IMG/VR virus record: IMGVR_UViG_3300039305_000005
Reading direction: 5' to 3' (one strand)
Source of the DNA: a virus
DNA length: 41,493 bases
The number at the start of each line of letters is the position of its first letter. The stretch's first letter is position 1. A program made the position numbers and the translations under genes. Positions 38,464 to 41,493 of this stretch are shown piece after piece. The notes beneath the pieces were generated by a model. It was not told the DNA's origin. It saw only the letters and a list, made by a program, of their open reading frames with translations, and searched no databases.

Positions 38464-39218
38464 CCCAGATCATCTCGACGATTAACCAAAAAGGTGGCGT
38501 CGGCAAAACCACGACTGCTGTTAATGTCGCTGGTGGTTACGCGGAGCTGGGTAGGCGTGTTTTGCTGATCGATATGGACCCGCAAACCAATGCCAGTGTG
38601 ATGTGTGGCATCCGCGATCCGGAAGAATCAATCTTCGATGTGCTGGTGGATCCGGAAAAGTGTCCGCTCTCCAGCATCATTGTCAGCGGCACAGTCGAGG
38701 GCGTTGATGTGGCGCCCGCGCATCGCGCGCTGGCCGGGCTGGAAATGGCGCTCCAGAACACACCAGGCCGCGAACACGTTCTGCGCGAAGTCATCGAGAC
38801 GGTGAAAGATCGCTATGATGTCATCGTCATCGATAACGGCCCGACGTTGGGGCTGTGGCCAATTATGTCGCTGGTGGCTTCCACGGTGGCACTCGTCATC
38901 GTGAACGGTGAACCGCTGGCGATTGAAGGATTGGCGGAAGTCGAGAAGACCATTAAAGCCGTGCGCCAGCGACTCAACCCGCTGCTGCAGCGCCGGATCG
39001 TGCCCACCATGATCGATCCACGTCGCCCGCTGCACACGAAAATCATTGGATCCGTGCGCGAGGTCTACGGAAAAGACGTTTTCAAAAGCGAGATACCGGA
39101 AAGCGCACATCTCCAAAATGGCGTTATGCGCGGTGGTTGCGTGTTGGCCTATGCACCAAACACAACCGCAGCTGAATCTTATCGAAATTTGACGGGTGAA
39201 TTGAAGCGCTTAAAGTAA
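38460..39218 (+). CDS. parA: ParA partition ATPase
   Basis: Deviant Walker A motif NQKGGVGKTTTAVN. The size and sequence are typical of ParA/Soj proteins. Confidence 0.95.
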   Translation: MTQIISTINQKGGVGKTTTAVNVAGGYAELGRRVLLIDMDPQTNASVMCGIRDPEESIFDVLVDPEKCPLSSIIVSGTVEGVDVAPAHRALAGLEMALQNTPGREHVLREVIETVKDRYDVIVIDNGPTLGLWPIMSLVASTVALVIVNGEPLAIEGLAEVEKTIKAVRQRLNPLLQRRIVPTMIDPRRPLHTKIIGSVREVYGKDVFKSEIPESAHLQNGVMRGGCVLAYAPNTTAAESYRNLTGELKRLK

Positions 39219-39223
39219 TCATC

Positions 39224-40528
39224 ATGGCAGCTCAAAAAACCTCTAAGCCCGCAGCAAAACCAGGCACGGCTAAACGTAAGTCGAAATCAGATCAGGCTTA
39301 CGATGCCTATATGAGCAACATCCTGACGTTGCCCAGCGCTTCCAAGGTCATGCACGGCGAAGATACCGTGTGGCTCGATGTCGAACTAATCGACGATAGC
39401 CCGTTCCAGACACGCGGCGGCATCGATCCCACCGACGTGGATGAGATGGCCACGTCTCTTAATGAAAGCGGCCAACTGCAGGCTGCGATCGTGCGTCCGC
39501 ACCCAACCGAGCCAGATCGCTATCAGCAGGCATTTGCCCACACACGCAAAGCGGCGATCAAAGCCGGCGCCAATGCCGGCAGCCACCTCGAAAATCCTGA
39601 TCTCTACAAAGGTAAGCTGTGGTGCGTTATCCGCGAGCAGCTCACCGATGTGCAGATGATGCAAATGGCGATCGCTGAAAATGATACGCGCAGCGATGTG
39701 AGCGATCTGGAGCGTGCGCGATCGTTCAATCGCTTGCGCGAGATGTTGCCCAGGAAAGCCGGCAAACCAGCACCGCTGGAAGCCGTCGCCAAAGTCGCGG
39801 GCATTGGTTATCGCCAGGTCAAACGCCTGGTCGATTTGCTGGAGCTGCCGGAAGAAATTCAAAAGCAGTTTGTGCGGCCACAGAAGAAAGCGGACGATCA
39901 GAAGGACGACTTCTTTTTACTCAATGAAAGGCATGGCCGCGCACTGTTGCAGTTCCAGGAAGATCCCAAACGCCAGCGGGTATTTTTCCGCGAGATTGTG
40001 CGCCACCAGTGGAGCGGTGCCGAAGCGGAACGCAAAGCCCAGGCGGAACGCGCGCAGCGTGCGCTCCCGTCCGATATCATCGCGGCTAAAGAGCAGGAAA
40101 ACAAAGCCTGGCAGGAACTCAAGCAACGCAACCGCGAGACCGTGGCCAAAGGCGAAGCACCATTCAAAGTACTTCCCGGTGGCGAGACACCGCTCGATCC
40201 CGAAGTCGAGCGCGAGCTGGAACTCGCAGAGATCGAGAATCTTGATGAAGCGGCGATCAAGAAGATGCTGCTTGACACCATGACGCCCGAAGAAATCGCT
40301 GCCCGCAGAAAAGAACTCCAAAAAGTGACCCAGGGCCAGATTGAACCTGAACCCAAAAGCGAGCTGGAGCAAGCGCGCGAAGTACTTTCCGACGTGGTGG
40401 CAAAACTGGAAGGACTCAGCATCACCAAGAAAGAACGCAAGGCCATCAAGTATCATTTAGGTTTCCTGCAACGCCAGGCGGACGAGCTAACCGCGCAACT
40501 GCAACGCATCGACAAGGAAGTTTCTTGA
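39224..40528 (+). CDS. parB: ParB-like partition protein
   Basis: ParB N-terminal box (VELIDDSPFQTRGG...LNESGQLQAAIVRP). HTH (VAKVAGIGYRQVKRLVDLLELPEE). It lies directly downstream of parA. The C-terminus is a long coiled coil. Confidence 0.85.
   Translation: MAAQKTSKPAAKPGTAKRKSKSDQAYDAYMSNILTLPSASKVMHGEDTVWLDVELIDDSPFQTRGGIDPTDVDEMATSLNESGQLQAAIVRPHPTEPDRYQQAFAHTRKAAIKAGANAGSHLENPDLYKGKLWCVIREQLTDVQMMQMAIAENDTRSDVSDLERARSFNRLREMLPRKAGKPAPLEAVAKVAGIGYRQVKRLVDLLELPEEIQKQFVRPQKKADDQKDDFFLLNERHGRALLQFQEDPKRQRVFFREIVRHQWSGAEAERKAQAERAQRALPSDIIAAKEQENKAWQELKQRNRETVAKGEAPFKVLPGGETPLDPEVERELELAEIENLDEAAIKKMLLDTMTPEEIAARRKELQKVTQGQIEPEPKSELEQAREVLSDVVAKLEGLSITKKERKAIKYHLGFLQRQADELTAQLQRIDKEVS
40166..40174. 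repeat. Class-1 palindrome copy (AAGTACTT core)
   Basis: Inside parB, read as F-K-V-L-P. The 17-mer TCAAAGTACTTCCCGGT (40164-40180) is identical to 33085-33101. Confidence 0.9.
40326..40338. repeat. Class-2 palindrome, imperfect (TGACCCAGGGCCA)
   Basis: One mismatch. It shares AAAAGTGACCCAGGG with the element at 28483. It lies inside parB. Confidence 0.6.
40380..40388. repeat. Class-1 palindrome copy (AAGTACTT core)
   Basis: GAAGTACTTTCCG inside parB, read as E-V-L-S. The same 13-mer occurs at 32951-32963. Confidence 0.9.
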
Positions 40529-40599
40529 CTTTCTTTCACTATGGATTTAAGATAAGGGGAAAGTATACGATTCATCATATAAAGTGAAATCACGCGGGA

Positions 40600-41334
40600 A
40601 TGATGACCATGCCCATCACCGAGATCGAACAACTCGAAAGCGAAGTCAGCGACGTATTAACTCCCAAGCGCGAGCGCTTGCTGCGTTTGATCGCCAACTG
40701 GCAGGGGCCTGGTGTGCCGCTGTTATCGACGCTGGCCGATGAATTGGGCTTATCCAATGAATCAGCTGTACGGGTCACATTAAAGCCGCTGGAGGAAGCC
40801 GGTTTAGTGCAGCGGCTATCGATGGGGCCAGGCGCCAAGTTGCCCAAAGTACCCCAGGTAACGGAGTTAGGGCGGGCAGCATTGGGAATGCCGATTGAGA
40901 TTCCTGAAGGCATTCCGTTTCTGGGCCCGGTGCATGGTGGAGATTGTGGCGTGCAATACGATGAGCCGATTAAGTATGTCGACAAGATATCTGACATTTT
41001 GCCGGTGCAGGGCGAAGAGTACTTTTTACCGGTTAGAGGCAACTGTATGGCCGGCGGTCCGCGTCCGATCTATGAAGGTGACATCGTTTACTTCCGGCAG
41101 CGCAGTCGCTGGAAACGCCCGCGCAATGGCAGCATCGCACATGTGGAATTACCACTCTCCAGTGGCGAACATGAGCCGCTGTTGCGTCGCTACTGGTACA
41201 GCGAAAAGACCGGCAAGGTGACTCTGCAGCAGTACAAGCCGTATCGCCGTCAGACGTTTAAAGATGAGGAAGTCGAGCCGCGTGGTGAGATGGTTCGCAT
41301 CATTGCAGCAGAAGAGGATTTAACAGAGGTTTGA
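40600..41334 (+). CDS. LexA-like repressor (winged-helix N-domain plus S24 peptidase-like C-domain with non-canonical catalytic residues)
   Basis: N-domain: LTPKRERLLRLIANWQ...LADELGLSNESAVRVTLKPLEEAGLVQR. C-domain: FLPVRGNCMAGGPRPIYEGDIVYF, aligned by eye to LexA LRVSGMSM, and EPLLRRY, aligned to EVTVKRL. Confidence 0.85.
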   Translation: MMTMPITEIEQLESEVSDVLTPKRERLLRLIANWQGPGVPLLSTLADELGLSNESAVRVTLKPLEEAGLVQRLSMGPGAKLPKVPQVTELGRAALGMPIEIPEGIPFLGPVHGGDCGVQYDEPIKYVDKISDILPVQGEEYFLPVRGNCMAGGPRPIYEGDIVYFRQRSRWKRPRNGSIAHVELPLSSGEHEPLLRRYWYSEKTGKVTLQQYKPYRRQTFKDEEVEPRGEMVRIIAAEEDLTEV

Positions 41335-41340
41335 CCCCCG

Positions 41341-41375
41341 CCGGTGCGCTGAGATTGAGACCCGAGGCGCACCGG
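41341..41375 (+). terminator. 9-bp hairpin after the repressor gene
   Basis: CCGGTGCGC (41341-41349) pairs with GCGCACCGG (41367-41375). There is no T-run. The second arm lies at the assembly-overlap boundary. Confidence 0.35.
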
Positions 41376-41493
41376 CGAAAGGACACGTATGAGTTTAACA
41401 ACCGAAGATATCACACGGCGGTTGTCACAACCAAAGTTTTCGCAAGCCAGTGATAACGGCGTCGAAAGCGAGGTGCCTCAGTGACAACGCGCG
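41367..41493. repeat. Second copy of the 127-bp terminal redundancy (identical to 1-127)
   Basis: Identical on reading. See the feature at 1-127. Confidence 0.9.

Noticed and set aside
2970-39672. HIP1-like enrichment of GCGATCGC
   Set aside because: Only about six copies were seen by eye (for example near 2975, 12774, 13143, 19755, 34011, 39663). That is modest for a G+C-rich genome and far below the class-1 palindrome.
2040-40388. The AAAGTACTTT enrichment as a by-product of a recurrent peptide (for example K-V-L) or of codon usage
   Set aside because: The word is read in all three frames. It occurs in genes on both strands and in intergenic DNA. It is palindromic well beyond what a tripeptide would require.
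2040-40388. Class-1 motif as a Bacteroidetes-type -7 promoter element (TAnnTTTG), a SlmA-binding site (GTGAGTACTCAC) or a cyanobacterial LexA box. Class-2 motif as a MatP matS site (GTGACRNYGTCAC).
   Set aside because: Only partial resemblance. TACTTTG is one base short of TAnnTTTG. The SlmA flanks differ. The cyanobacterial LexA box has two GTAC-like halves. matS has a 3-nt rather than a 5-nt centre. These are noted only as formal parallels.
41367-41493. The 127-bp direct terminal repeat as a biological feature (DTR, LTR or att site)
   Set aside because: The repeat is exact. It cuts through a hairpin and the first 13 nt of the initiator ORF. Its length equals a k-mer size commonly used by assemblers. 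The simplest reading is a circular-contig overlap. A true short DTR cannot be excluded without reads.
1-41493. CRISPR arrays, reverse transcriptase (DGR or retron), transposases or IS elements, toxin-antitoxin pairs, DNA methyltransferase or restriction genes
   Set aside because: No spaced direct-repeat array was seen. No ORF has recognisable RT, transposase, methyltransferase or nuclease motifs. Small coupled early genes exist, but none resembles a known TA pair by eye.

Overview
The window is one complete, circularly assembled phage genome. Bases 1-127 are identical to 41367-41493, so the unique length is 41,366 bp. It is a temperate, siphovirus-type tailed phage with phage-plasmid features.

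Gene order on the + strand:
- putative replication initiator with an internal ori-like iteron and AT tract (115-2037)
- several small or accessory genes
- M15-type endolysin
- TerS and TerL
- portal
- a very large prohead-protease fusion protein
- a roughly 550-nt non-coding unit with a degenerate tRNA-like element
- HK97-type major capsid protein
- head-tail genes
- major tail protein
- chaperone pair with a -1 frameshift
- tape measure protein
- tail tip, fibre and beta-helix spike genes
- tyrosine integrase

A minus-strand early operon of small, translationally coupled genes (38110 down to 34449) diverges from an HTH-ParA-ParB operon. That operon is followed by a LexA-like (S24) repressor.

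The most unusual signals are not genes:
1. A 10-12 bp palindrome, (C)AAAGTACTTT(G), has at least 30 AAGTACTT cores scattered through coding and intergenic DNA. They often abut start or stop codons.
2. A second palindrome, TGACCCWGGGTCA, has 8 perfect copies, mostly just after stop codons of late genes.

Other points of interest:
- A capsid-protease::2H-phosphoesterase::polyvalent fusion.
- The structured non-coding unit upstream of the capsid gene.
- A LexA-like repressor with apparent Ser-to-Cys and Lys-to-Arg catalytic substitutions.
- A+T-rich antisense moron cassettes.
- An integrase and a ParAB system in the same genome.

All functional calls come from reading motifs and synteny by eye. 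No database search or computation was run.
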